DNA of 63,157 nt, counting the filler, from Chiloscyllium plagiosum (taxonomy: Eukaryota), in NCBI RefSeq assembly GCF_004010195.1. It is 6 parts of one record of this genome, joined end to end, with 100 filler letters (N's around TTAATTAATTAA, not from the genome) between each part and the next. Parts side by side here need not be neighbours in the genome. Positions count along the whole stretch, not along the records: positions 19,034 to 28,034 come from NC_057710.1; positions 28,135 to 42,266 come from NC_057710.1; 4 more parts are not named here. One strand, written 5' to 3'. This document shows positions 24,910 to 36,900 of this stretch, one piece after another. Position numbers and translations under genes: made by a program. Numbering within the stretch: position 1 is the stretch's first letter; each line of letters starts with the position of its first letter. Under the pieces are notes generated by a model. The model had not been told where the DNA came from. It searched no databases and was given only the letters and a program-made list of their open reading frames with translations.

Positions 24910-26705
24910 AGGTAGAAAAGTGCTAGAAAAGCTAAAAGGTCTAACAATTGATAAATCTCCTGGCCCTAATTCACCTATTGTACTCTGCTACTTTCTCCAC
25001 CCCCACCCCCCCCCATCCTGCTCATTTATCTTTCCACTCTGCAGGAACTCTGCCTCTATTCCTGATGAAGGGCTTCTGCCCGAAACGTCGATTTTTCCTG
25101 CTCCTCCGATGCTGCCTGACCTGCTGCGCTTTTCCAGCACCACTGTAATCTAGACCCTGATGGGCTACATCCTAGAGATCTGAGGGAGGTGGCTGAGGAA
25201 ATAGTGGAGATGTTGGTTGTATCTTTCAAAAGTCACTGGAGTCAGGGAAAGTCCCAGATAATTGGAAAATCGTTGTTGTAACCCCTTCTTCAAGAAAAGA
25301 TCAAGGCAAAAGATGGAAAATTATAAGTCGATTAGCCTAACCTCAGTTGTTGGTAAAATTCTAGAATTCTTCATTGAGGATGAGATTTCTAAATTCTTGG
25401 AAGCGCAGGGTCAGATTAGAACAGGTCAGCATGGATTTAGTAAGGGAAGGTAGTGCCTGACAAACCTGTTAGAATTCTTAGAAGAGGTAACAAATAGGTT
25501 AGACCAGGGAAACCCAGTGGATGTTATTAATCTAGACTTCCAAAAGACCTTTGATAAGGTGCCTCATTGGAGGCTGCTGAGTAAGGTGAGGGCCCATGGT
25601 GTTTAAGGTGAGGGCCCATGGCATGGATTGAGGATTGGCTGAAGGCAGAGAGTTGGGATAAAAGGTTCATTTTCGGAATGGCAGCCAGTGACAAGTGGTG
25701 TCCCGCAGGGTTCATGGGCCGTAGCTGTTCACTTTATATATTAATGATCTGGATGAAGGGACTGGGGACATTCTGGCGAAGTTTGTCAATGATACAAAGT
25801 TACGTGGACAGGCAGGTAGTACTGAGGAGGTGGGGAGCTGCAGAAATATTTAGACAGTTTGAGAGTGGTCCAGGAAATGGCGGCTGAAATTCAAGGTGAG
25901 CAAATGTGAGGTCTTGCACTTTGGAAAAAAGAATACAAGCATGGACTATTTTCTAAATGGTGAGAAACTTCATAAAGCCGAAATACAAAAGCATCTGGAG
26001 TGCTAGTCCAGGATTATGTATAAGTTAACTTGCCGGTTGAGTCTGTGATTAAGAAAGCGAATGTAATTCATCATTTATCTCAAGAGGGTTGGAATATAAA
26101 AGCAGCGATGTGCTTCTGAGACTTTATAAAGCTCTAGTTAGGCCCCATTTAGAATATGGTGTCCAATGTTTGGGCCCCACACCTTAGGAAGGAGATACAG
26201 GCACTGGAGCGTGTCCAGCAGAGATTCACACAGATAATCTCTGGAATGGTAGGCCGAACATATGATGAATGGCTGAGGATCCTGGGATTGTATTCGTTAG
26301 AGTTTAGAAGATTGAGGGGAGATCTAATAGACACTTACAAGATAATGCATAGCTTAGAAAGGGTGGACACTGGGAAGTTGTTTCCGTTAGGTGGGGAGAC
26401 TAGGACCTGTGGGCACAGCCTCAGAGGGGGTCAGTTTAGAACTAAAATGAGGAGACATTTCTTCAGTCAGAGAAGGGTGGGCCTGTAGAATTCATTGCCA
26501 CAGAGCGCAGTGGAGGCCGGGACGTTAAATGCCTTCAAGGCAGAGATTTATCAATTGATAAATTCTTAATCTTGGAAAGAATTAAGGTCTATGGGGAAAG
26601 TGCGGGTAAGTGGAGTTGAAATGCCAATCAGTCATGATTAAAAGGCGGAATGGACTTGATGAGCCGAATGGCCTTACTTCCACTCCTTTGTCTTAGGATC
26701 TTATA
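24910..26705 (+). mobile_element. CR1 ORF2 RT and 3' end nested in the older minus-strand CR1
   Basis: LEKLKGLTIDKSPGP, then after the Penelope insert DGLHPR. ORFs 25262-25453 and 26156-26488 (ALERVQQRFT...LGLYSLEFRRLRGDLI). Tail tcttaggatcttat. Confidence 0.85.
24972..25152 (+). mobile_element. Penelope terminal-repeat fragment with hammerhead-like core, inserted in CR1
   Basis: 25062-25089 CTGATGA-A-GGGC-TTCT-GCCC-GAAAC-GTC, followed by gattttcctgctcctccgatgctgcctgacctgctgcgcttttccagcaccac. Confidence 0.85.
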
Positions 26706-27884
26706 GCCTATATTACAAACAACAGAGATTCCAACACTGATCCTTGTGGAACACCACTGGTCACAAGCCTCTAGTCAGAAAAAAAATCTCTCCACAACTA
26801 CCCTATGTCTTCTAAGAGCCAATTGAGTACCCAATTTGCTGACTCACCATGGATTCAATGTGATTTTATATTCTGGGCCAGCCTACTTTGTGGATCCTTG
26901 TCAAAAGCTTTACCAAAGTCCATGTAGCCTACCTTCATCAATCATCATCATCATCATCATTTCCTCAAAAGTTTTGATCATGTTTGTGAGATGACCTCCC
27001 TTGATTAAAACCATTATGATGAATCATAATAAGTCCACACTTCTCTGAATGCAAGTAAATCTTGTCCCTAAGAACCTTCTCCAATAATTTCCCTACAACT
27101 GATGTAAGGTCCACCAGCCTATAATTTCCTGGATTATCCCTATTGCCCTTCTTGTACAAAGGAACAACATTGGTTATTCTCCAGTCTTCTATAACCTCAC
27201 CTGTTGCTAAACAGATTACAAAGATTTCTATCAAAGACCAGCAGTCTCATCCCTTATTTCCTTTAGTATCCTAGTAGATCCCGTCAAGCCCACCTTTTTA
27301 TCTAAATGTTTTTCAAGAGACCCAACACCTCATCCTTCTTAATATCGACGTGTCTTAGAGTGTCAACAAACCTCTCTCAACTTATCATCATTCTTGTCAT
27401 TCTCCTTGGTGAATACAGATGCAAAGGACCTCACCTACCACCTCTGGCTCCACCATAAATTTTCTCCTTTGATCTTGAGTGGACATACCCTTTCCCTTGT
27501 TACCCTCTTGGTCCTAATATAAATGCTTTGGGATTCTCCTTAATCCTGTTGGTCAAGGACAATTTCAGCCCTTTTAATTAACCATTTTAGCCTTCCTAAT
27601 TTCTTTAAATTATTTTCTGCTTCCTTTATACTCAAATAGGAGCCTTGGTTGATTTCTGTTTCCTAAACCTCACATATGTTTCCTTTTTAACTGAACTTCG
27701 TATTTCTCTTGTCGTCCAAAGTTCCTGAATTTTGCCACCCTTATATTTCATTGTCACAGGAACATGCTGGTCCTGAATTCTGGTCAACTGGCTTTTAAAA
27801 GAATCCCACATGTCAGATGTGGATTTACATTCAAGTAGCTGTACCCAATCCAGCTTTTCCAGTTCCTGCTGAATACTGGTATTT

Positions 27885-28034
27885 TAGATTAGATTATTAG
27901 ATTTTTTTTAGATTAGATTAGATTACAGTGTGGAAACAGGTCCTTCGGCCCAACAAGTCCACACCGACCCGCCGAAGCGAAACCCACCCATACCCTTTAC
28001 ATTTACCCCTTACCTAACACTACGGGCAATTTAG
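27885..28034 (-). mobile_element. HE1/V-SINE 3' end with (TCTAA)n tail, cut by gap
   Basis: ttagattagattagattacagtgtggaaacagg...ggcaatttag. Confidence 0.8.
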
Positions 28035-28134
28035 NNNNNNNNNNNNNNNNNNNNNNNNNNNNNNNNNNNNNNNNNNNNTTAATTAATTAANNNNNNNNNN
28101 NNNNNNNNNNNNNNNNNNNNNNNNNNNNNNNNNN
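28035..28134. other. Assembly gap with artificial linker
   Basis: N44-TTAATTAATTAA-N44. Confidence 0.97.
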
Positions 28135-28367
28135 ACCCTCACCTTGACCTCCCTCCACCTATTGCATTTCCAAAGCCCCTCCCCCAAGTCCCTCCTCCCT
28201 ACCTTTTATCTTAGCCTGCTTGGCACACTTTCCTCATTCCTGAAGAAGGGCTCATGCCCGAAACGTCGATTCTGCTGCTCCTTAGATGCTGCCTGACCTG
28301 CTGCGCTTTTCCAGCAACACATTTTCAGCTCTGATCTCCAGCATTTGCAGTCCTCACTTTCTCCTCG
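28135..28367 (+). mobile_element. Penelope terminal-repeat fragment with hammerhead-like core
   Basis: 28240-28267 CTGAAGA-A-GGGC-TCAT-GCCC-GAAAC-GTC. Confidence 0.85.
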
Positions 28368-30529
28368 ATAATTAGCCTTTCCCCAATTTCACATTTCACC
28401 ATTGGAACAGTCATATCCTTTTCTATAATTATGTTAAAGGTATGAAATTATGATCACTGTTCCCAAAATGGTCCCTCACTGAAACTTCAAAGACCTGGCC
28501 AAGTTGGACAATGTACGTATTGTTTCAAGAATCCCTCCTGGAAACACCTAACTATTCTATTCCATCTAAGTTCTGGCACTAAGGGAATTCCAGTCAATAT
28601 TGGGGAAGTTAAAATTACCCATTACCACAAAAACACTATATTGTTTTTGCATCTTTTCCATGATCTGCCTACACATCTGTTACTTTAATTCTCACTGGTT
28701 ATTGGGACCTGTACATCATCATCATGACTATACGTTTTCTTATTTCTAAGTTTTACCCATACTGTCTTGCTGGATGAGCCCTGTATGATGTCCTCACTTA
28801 GTACAGTTGTGACATTCTCCTTAATCAATAATGCATCTCCTGCATCCCTTTCACAATCCCCCTCTGTTACACCTGAAACATCTAAACCTTGGAATGTTGA
28901 GCTGCCAGACCTGCCCTTCTCTCAACCAAGTTTCAGCAATGGCTTCCACATTGTCATCCCATCTACTAATCCAGACTGTAAACTCATCTGCCTTTGCTGT
29001 GTTACTCCTTGCCTTAAAATAAATATACTTCAGACTGCTAGTCCCATCATGTTCATTAACTCGGTCTTCCTATTCTTCTGACTAGACTTGCTGGATTTAG
29101 TCCCTCTTCTTTTAAAACACTCCACATGCTGACTTCTGTGCTGGTTTTCACCCCAGTTTAAACCCTCCAGAGTGGTACTAGCAAGTTTCCCGGTAAGGAT
29201 ATTGGTGCGCCTCCATGATCCAGGTATCTGAAACCTTCCCTCCTACAATTGCTGTTCAGCCACACACTCAACTGTATTATCTTCCTATTTTCTGCCTCAC
29301 TAGCACGTGGCACAGGGAGTAATCCTAAGATTACAACCCAAAAGGTCCTGCTTTTCAACTCCTTACCTAACTCCTTAAATTCCCTTTGCAGAATCTCCTC
29401 TCCTTCTCTCTCTACCAATGTTATTAGCACCAGTACCATGTCCTCTCCTGCTCACACTCCCCTTTCAAAATGTCCTGTTCACGCTTCAATATATCCTTGA
29501 CCCTGGCAGCAGGGAGGTAACACCATCCTCACGTCTCACTTACAACGACAAACTCCTAAGTGTGCCCCTAACTATAGAGTCCCCTATCACCAATGGTCAC
29601 CTGCACTTGGACCCTCCCTGCTGTTCAACAGTGCCAGTCATGCTGCAACGGACCTGACTGCTGCTGTTGCTTTCATTTGAGAGGCCATCCTACCCCGCAT
29701 CCCAAAATAAAGGTATCTAAACTGGATGCTTGTTTGATAGGGAAATGACCACAGGGGTCTCCTACACTGCCCGCCCAACCTTACAAGTCTTCCTGTTCGT
29801 CACCCAGCTCTTCTGTCTGTGTAACCCTTAGTCATGGTGTGACTAACTTACTAAACATGCTATCCATGACATTCCTAGCTTCATAGTGATACTCCGTAGT
29901 GAGTCCATCTGCAAGTACATAGCACAAAGGACATTGGTTGGTTGCTTTCGAAGGCCGGTTGTCTCAGCCCCACGAAATTGCTCTAGGAATTCCTCGAGGC
30001 AGTGTGATAAGCCCAATAATATTTTCCGTAATAAGGCCGGAGATAGGGATGTTCACTGCACAGGGTTGCATTCAATTTGCAATTGCTCAAATAAAGAAGC
30101 ATTTCACACCCGCTGGTAACAAGATCTGGGCAACACCTAGGCTTTGGCTGATAAGTGGAAGTAACTTTTTTGTTTATTCACAGGATGAGGGTGTTGCTGG
30201 CCAAACCAGCATTTATTGCCCATCCCTAATTACCCAGAGAGCATTTAAGATTGTTGTGGGTCTGGAGTCACATGTAGGTCAGATCAGTTAAGGACAACAG
30301 TTTTCTTCCTTAAAGGACATAAATGAACTAGATAGGTTTCTGATGATCAATAGTAGATTTGCACCGGAAATGTCTGGCAATGACCTTCTCCAACAAGAGA
30401 AAATCTAACGTTTCTGTTGGAGTTGTGAATCCTTATATTCAACACCGAGTGTCATCATTAATTAGAAACTTGATTTTGACAGCAAGGTAGGTGGCTGTCA
30501 TCATTATCATTCTTCTTTGCAGATTTTGT

Positions 30530-30842
30530 GGGCGGCACGGTGGCACAGTGATTAGCACTGTTGCCTCACAGCGCCAGAGACCCGGGTTCAATTCCCGCCT
30601 CAGGCGACTGACTGTGTGGAGTTTGCACGTTCTCCCCGTGTCTCCGTTGGTTTCCTCCGGGTGCTCCGGTTTCCTCCCACAGTCCAAAGATGTGCAGGTA
30701 AGGTGAATTGGCCATACTAAATTGCCCGTAGTGTTAGGTAAGGGGTAAATGTAGGGGTATGGGTGGGTTGCGCTTTGGCGGGTTGGTGTGGACTTGTTGG
30801 GCCGAAGGGCCTGTTTCCACACTAATGTAATCCAAAAAAAAA
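30530..30842 (+). mobile_element. Full-length young HE1/V-SINE
   Basis: gggcggcacggtggcacagtgattagc (A box) ... gggttcaattccc (B box), V-domain, CR1-like tail and an A run. CpGs retained. Confidence 0.9.
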
Positions 30843-30999
30843 TCATGACTGGATCAAAATGAGATTCAATGTTGTTTCTGGTTCTACAGATGACTTGAGT
30901 CCTATCTTAGTCCTGTAGAGTCTATCTTAGCCTTGCAATGGCCTATCTTAATTTTGCAGGCTCTCTTTCAGTGAAGTCATTAGTTTTTGGCAAGCACAG

Positions 31000-31620
31000 A
31001 TGGTGTAGATTGTTGGCTTGAGCAGCTCTCTCTATCTATTTCAATTGCACTCATCATTCTGTCTCAGTTGCAGCTCTTGTTGATTGAAGATCTCGACACC
31101 ATTGATGGGCCGCTATTTTGGTCATTGTCTAGCATCATCTTTGTGTTAATATTACTAGTTTTTTTTTAAAGCACTTCCTTTGGCTCTCATTTGAAGGGTC
31201 TTTCTTGTGTATCCCTAAGTAGAGCCCCAATTGGGCAATCTGGACCAGGCATTCTGATAACTGGTCTCATTCATCACAGCTGATGAAAATTGTCATGGAT
31301 CCTTTATTTGATCTGCCTGTGTCTTAGGCACTCGTCTTGGTTCTTTGTCCTCCCACTTGAATAACAAGATCCCTCCAGGATAATGTTGATGTTGGCTTGA
31401 GCATGGTGTCTGCAAGTTACTTATGTTTCAGCATTGAAGAGAAATATGCACCATGCATGTGTGCATATTTTCAAGGCAACAAAAGAGATCCATTATTGGT
31501 AGGATCTGAAGGTGGCAAGATTCTCCTGAATGGTACAGACGGTATCAACACTGGCTCGAGAGAGCACTGTTGAATTATTCAATCAGAACTCCACAACAGA
31601 GATACACAGTGGGAAGAACC
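31000..31620 (-). mobile_element. Degenerate RTE-clade LINE RT C-terminal remnant
   Basis: Minus-strand fragments read ILLFKWEDK and RMPG.DCP.G.L, resembling RTE IL.I.W.D and RM...RLP...LY. Confidence 0.45.
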
Positions 31621-33461
31621 TGCATGCCATCAAAAGAGAACTTTTGATGATGATTCAACACTCAATGGGAAAGGATAACTCTGGCTAGGAGAGCAGCTCC
31701 TAGGAAGCAGAGTCTGTGGTGAATGACTTGCCTCCTCACTTACCAGAGCCTGTCAACCTTCTGTAAGGCCCAGCTCAGGATTGTGATGGAATACTTTCTA
31801 TTTGCCTTATCACTGCAACTCCAGTAAAATTCAATATTCAACATTCACTGTTCAGCGAAAAGTAGCCTACTTGATTAGTACCCATCGATTACCTTATCTT
31901 CACTCCCTCACACAGAGACAACTGAAGATACTACAAACAATATAAGATTCACTATGATAACTCACCAAAGCTCCTTTGTCAACATCTCCGAAATTCACAA
32001 CTTCTATCACTTGGAAGGATCGGGCTAACAAGTGCCACCTACAAGTTCCACCTACAAGTTCCACTTCAATCCATGTACAATGCTGACTTGGAACTATATT
32101 GACACACTTTCTTCATTGCTGAGCCAAAATGCTAGAGCTCTTGTCTTAACACATCTGGTATATCCACATCGCATGGCCATGCACCAGTTCAAAAATGGCT
32201 CACTACCTTCTCAAGGATGTTTAAGGATGGCCAACAAACTACATTGCTATCTGTGTTTTGCCTATAAAAGAAAAACAATAAGTTTAACAAACTCCGGAAG
32301 ATTGTTTGGCTAGAAAGTGCTGGATTTATCCCCACTATAAGCTTTTGCTGCCTTGAAGTGGGTGTGAAAACACGTGTCCAAGAACTTGTGTTCCTTTTCT
32401 CTGTGATTTTCAGAAATTTAAAATAGCTGATTACGGATATATTAACCTCAAAAATGCTATCATGTAATTTTGTAAAAGTATTATTCAGAATAAGCTTATC
32501 ACTGACCTTTCATTGAATATGATGAAGTGTATGGGTGGTGATTTGGTTTAGGTACTTGGTTTGCAAAGATTCTAGTTTTAATGCTGTGCTATATTTACAA
32601 ATATTAATCATAATGTCTCAAGTTGGGCCTTAACATAACATAAACCATAAAATAATTGGTTCATTCTTTTGTAAACATTTTTTTGCATGATTTCAAAATA
32701 TGCTGAAAATATCTGCAATGTGGCTCAAGTTTGTTGATTCCCCCCTCTTTCTTGGCTTGGATGTACAATGCACAGGCAATAATCCAAGACGTGCCTGCAG
32801 TAGGGAGAGTGAAACTGGGTAGTGAAACATTTCACCAAGCAATCCTGGCAGGTTGAGCAAATTGCTTGTCTCCTTTGTCAAGAAACAACGTGTGATGTCA
32901 TAGCAAAACTAGTCAGCATTATAAATGAAAGATCAAACTTGGATACAAAGGGATTTTCCTTTTTATTAAAGAATATGATTTGTTTTAAAGTCACTCATTA
33001 TATATTTGAGCATATCTCCTAAACAACCAGGAACATTGTCAAATCCTGATACTTAAATCTTTGCAAGGTTTAAATCTTTTTTAACATATTTGGACAAAAA
33101 TGAAATATTCACACAAAATGCATGGTTAGTATTAGCTGTCTACATATGTCACCTTTTAATAAATATGTGCTTTCAAACATTCGCTTTCTAGATAATTTTA
33201 AACTTTCCTTTTAATTCTGAGACTAAAATTTTAGTTTTGGTTAATTTTTTAGTTTTGGTCAGCATAAACGGATAATTCATCCAGCCCTGGTGATTTATAT
33301 ACCTTCAAGGAAATCAGCCAGTCCGGTAGTTATCTTCTCATAATGCTTATTTTATCTAATATTTCACACTCCTCTTTAACTTGAATGTCTGCATTCCTCT
33401 CCTTTGTGAAGACAGGCAAAATGTTCATTTAGACTCTATCTATATTCTTTGCATCAATGTA

Positions 33462-33972
33462 CAAGTAGTTCTGGGATAATGTACGTTTCAAAAGCATGAT
33501 TTCGCTATAATGTCGCTGAAGAATTAGCGAACGATATTTTCGAGAATGCTTACCTCTGTTGGCAATAGCATTAGTCCAGTTTTGTTCTGTGTGTGTGCCA
33601 ATATCCATGCCATTCTGCGAATGCGTGGCGTTGGTTTGCCGATGCTCCAGTGACTGCGACAAAGTCTCCAAGTTCTGCACGTGTGCTGGTCTTTGTGCCT
33701 TGCTGTGCATGTACCAATGTCAGCTGCCAACAGAGCAGTGTTAAATGCACTGTCAATTTTTTTTTTTTGTTTTGTGAACAAATATGGTTTTAACCTTCAT
33801 GCAGACTGCTGTACTTTGTGTTAGACTTTTGGGTGATTTTTGAGTGATCATGAGTGACTTTTTTTTTGCTGGTCTGTCCCCTAACCCCACTTTTCCCATA
33901 GGCCCTATTATTTCTATTAAGCGATTTTCTATTAAGCGGAAGGCAACTACATTGTTATAGGAGAACTACCTG
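33462..33972. mobile_element. Tc1/mariner (Tigger-like) MITE, ~510 bp, inserted in an old CR1 remnant
   Basis: Left TA|caagtagttctgggataatg versus reverse complement of right end caggtagttctcctataacaatg. Subterminal ttctattaagcg repeats. Right TSD imperfect. Confidence 0.7.
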
Positions 33973-36900
33973 TTACCTTTCCTCAATCATCATCTTGATC
34001 TTAATGCAGTGATAAAACATCTTTAGATTTTCCTGAATTTTCTGACTGACGTTTATGCTTTCCAAATTCCCTTTTTCACTTCATCTCTGTACTTCCTGTA
34101 CTTCTCTAAGAATCCTAATGGATTGCTAGAAATATAAAAGAAACGCAGAAAATATTGAAGTGACTGGGCAAGTCTGGCAACACCTGTGAAGGGAAAGAAT
34201 TAATAGTTTTGAAGAACAATCCTGTCAGACTCAAAATGAAGACGTTGTACTGGACTTGAAACATTAACTCTCTCTCCACAGATATTGCCAGACCTGAGTT
34301 TCTCTAGCATTGTGTTTGTTCCTAAAGTATTACTTCTCATGAGATTACTGTAAGTTCTATATTTCTGTTTTATCTTATCCTGGATAACCAAGGAACTCTG
34401 AAGGCATGTCTACATTGTACCCATAGAATCTTGCTTTTGAATCTCTCCCACTGATATACCACTGATATTCCTTCAGTTGGCTGTATCCAGTCTACTTTGT
34501 AAAGTTTACCTTCTCTCACTTGAGAATTTCTCCTCCTATACTACATTATCCTTTTCCATAATGATGCTAAATCTAACTATATTATGGTCACTATCTCCAA
34601 AATGATCACCCACTGCTACTGCATCCAACAGCTCAGTTTAATTTCCTAAGACTAAGTCTAGAATTGCATCCCCTTTCATTGGGCTTGATGCATGTCGGCT
34701 TTTGAAATTGCCCTAAAAAGCCACAAAGTTAAAGGTAGTTAGTGATTGGCAATAAAAACAGTGCCAGCCTGTGACACCCATATCACTGAATGCAGTTCAA
34801 AATATTTTTCACTCTGTGTCAATACTACTGTTGATATCCCAGTTGATATTTAGTTAATTGAATCCCTGAAATATTGTTGCCTTATTATTTTTGATATCAG
34901 AAATTTACCTGCACTGTTTCTCCTCTAAATCTCTCCCACCACTCAGGAGCTGTCGTGCATGCCTGCCAGGGTGGCTGCCTGTCATTTGATGCTTCATCTA
35001 ATGTATTATCCGTTTGCACAGCTGTGATTAATTCTTTGACTAATAGAGCTATAACTCAACTTTTTAAATTCACTTATTTATCTTTGTTAAAATCTTTATA
35101 TCCAGCAATGTTGAACTGTTATCCTTGTCTCTCTTTTCTGTTACAGCTAAGATATGATACTGCCATATATTTATCTGTGCCCGCAGCTCTTAACCTTTAT
35201 TCACCTTACTCCTCGTGTTTTAATACTTAACTTTAAATATTGTCACATTTTTAAATCTCTGCTTCCTCTGTCTTTCAGTCATTTGTTAAGATTCCCATTT
35301 CCCAGTTTAATTGCTTTCCCAACAGCACTAGTAAATCTCCCTGCAAAGATATCCAGTCTTGCTCAGTGGCAGGTCATTCAAATTTCCCCAGAACCAGTCC
35401 CAGTGCTTTTGAAATTTGATCCCATGTACCTACACCAGCTTTCTAGCCACATGTTCAATTGCTCAGTTTTCCTATTTGTGTGCTCACTAGCATGTGACTC
35501 CCATAAGCCTATGTGACTCCAGACCCACAGGAATCTGCTTAGCTCTTCATTGCCTTTTGAAATTGTGACAAGCTACTATGTTAAAGCTGGTTAGTGATGG
35601 CCAATAAATGCAAGCCAAGCCAGTGACACCCATATCTCCTGAATGAAAAGTAAGAGCAATGAAGAATTGGAAGCACCAACACTTCCAAACCTTTCATCAT
35701 TCTTACCTGTGTGTTTATTCAGTGTTCATTCATTGTTGCTTAGTCCTGAAAGCCAATAGTTGTGATGAAGTTATTTATCCTTCATATTGTGGTCAATCTG
35801 ATATCTTTATTTTGGTTTTGAATGCTGGAAAAGTTTATATCTAGTAATGAATATAAGCAAAATGAAGTTCTGTCTTATATTCAACCATTCCATTATATGA
35901 ATATGCAATAATGAGTTTATTTATGCTAAAGTAATTAAAATTGGCACAACAGGCTGCAAAGAGATTGTGTATAGAAAGTGTATACACTTATAAACAGTAA
36001 AAACCAAAGAACTGTGGATGCTGGAAATCAGAAACAGAAAAGGAAATTGCTGGAAAAATTTAGCAGGTCTGGTAGCATCTGTGGAAAGAAAGCAGGATTA
36101 ATTATTCTGATCCAGTAATTCTTTTCAGAACACTTTTAAAAACTTATGAACTTGCCACACGTTTTTAACTGACAATTCAGCTGAAAATGCAGTGGACTAA
36201 AATCCTTTTAAGAGTAAAGCCATCTTTTGGCAAGGACTGTCAACAATAGAAATACAGTAAATCCTGAAATTTATTTTTAGCTCACTTTACCACTGTCAAC
36301 CCTCTTGTTTTTACCTTCATATCTTCCTAAATTTGTTACTTACCAATCTTTCTGGCCATCTTTTATGATCTAGTTTTATTATTTGTTCATTTTCTGGCTC
36401 TTTTTGTGGTTATGTGCATGAAATGTAGAATAGTTTGTACAACAATATAGGAGGCTATATTTAAAACAAAATCAGTGCAATGAAAACTATGCAAGCCCAC
36501 AATGTGGAGATTGATCCAAGCCCAGCAAGTTAAGTCCTGCATGAAGAAGATTATGGCATGATACGGTAAAAGTATGTTATACTTAGTGAACGAAACAGCA
36601 CTACGTGATCCTTCACATTTCAGCAACTTGCATAAATACTGAGATAGTTGAAAAGCAAGAGACCAAAATAGGTATTAGGCCTTTGAGAGTGGCAGGACGA
36701 GATTTATATTTCCATTCCTGCCAATCTCATGAAGGTCACACACTTTCCAGGGACCTGGCTTAATGGTTAGTGGGTATCTTTTAATATGTTAATATGCTTC
36801 TGTGACATACAAATGATTTTGTTTGCTATTTTAAGACTTACTGACCAGCAGGTGCACTGCGTCCAGGTAACAGTTTAAGTGAAGAGTCCATAGAGTAATT

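Larger units (their letters stand above)
24211..29880 (-). mobile_element. Old long CR1 (ORF1 esterase remnant through 3' end), split by nested insertions and a gap
   Basis: ORF 29158-29439 (ELGKELKSRT..VVILGLLPVPRASE...CRREGFRYLDH) is ORF1. ORF 26965-27234 (GEVIEDWRITNVVPLYKKGNRDNPGNYR) is ORF2. The RT continues at 24211-24905 across the nested + strand CR1. Confidence 0.75.

Noticed and set aside
25582..25622. Short direct repeat taaggtgagggcccatgg x2
   Set aside because: Small slippage or repair duplication inside a dead CR1; no functional implication.
30530..30600. tRNA gene (A and B boxes)
   Set aside because: It is the tRNA-derived head of an HE1/V-SINE, running straight into the V-domain and tail.
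33559..33793. Cys-rich ORFs as extra NFXL1 zinc-finger exons or a metallothionein-like gene
   Set aside because: They lie inside a TIR-bounded MITE with TG-rich sequence and lack NF-X1 C/H spacing. The flanking true NFXL1 exons already join without missing residues.
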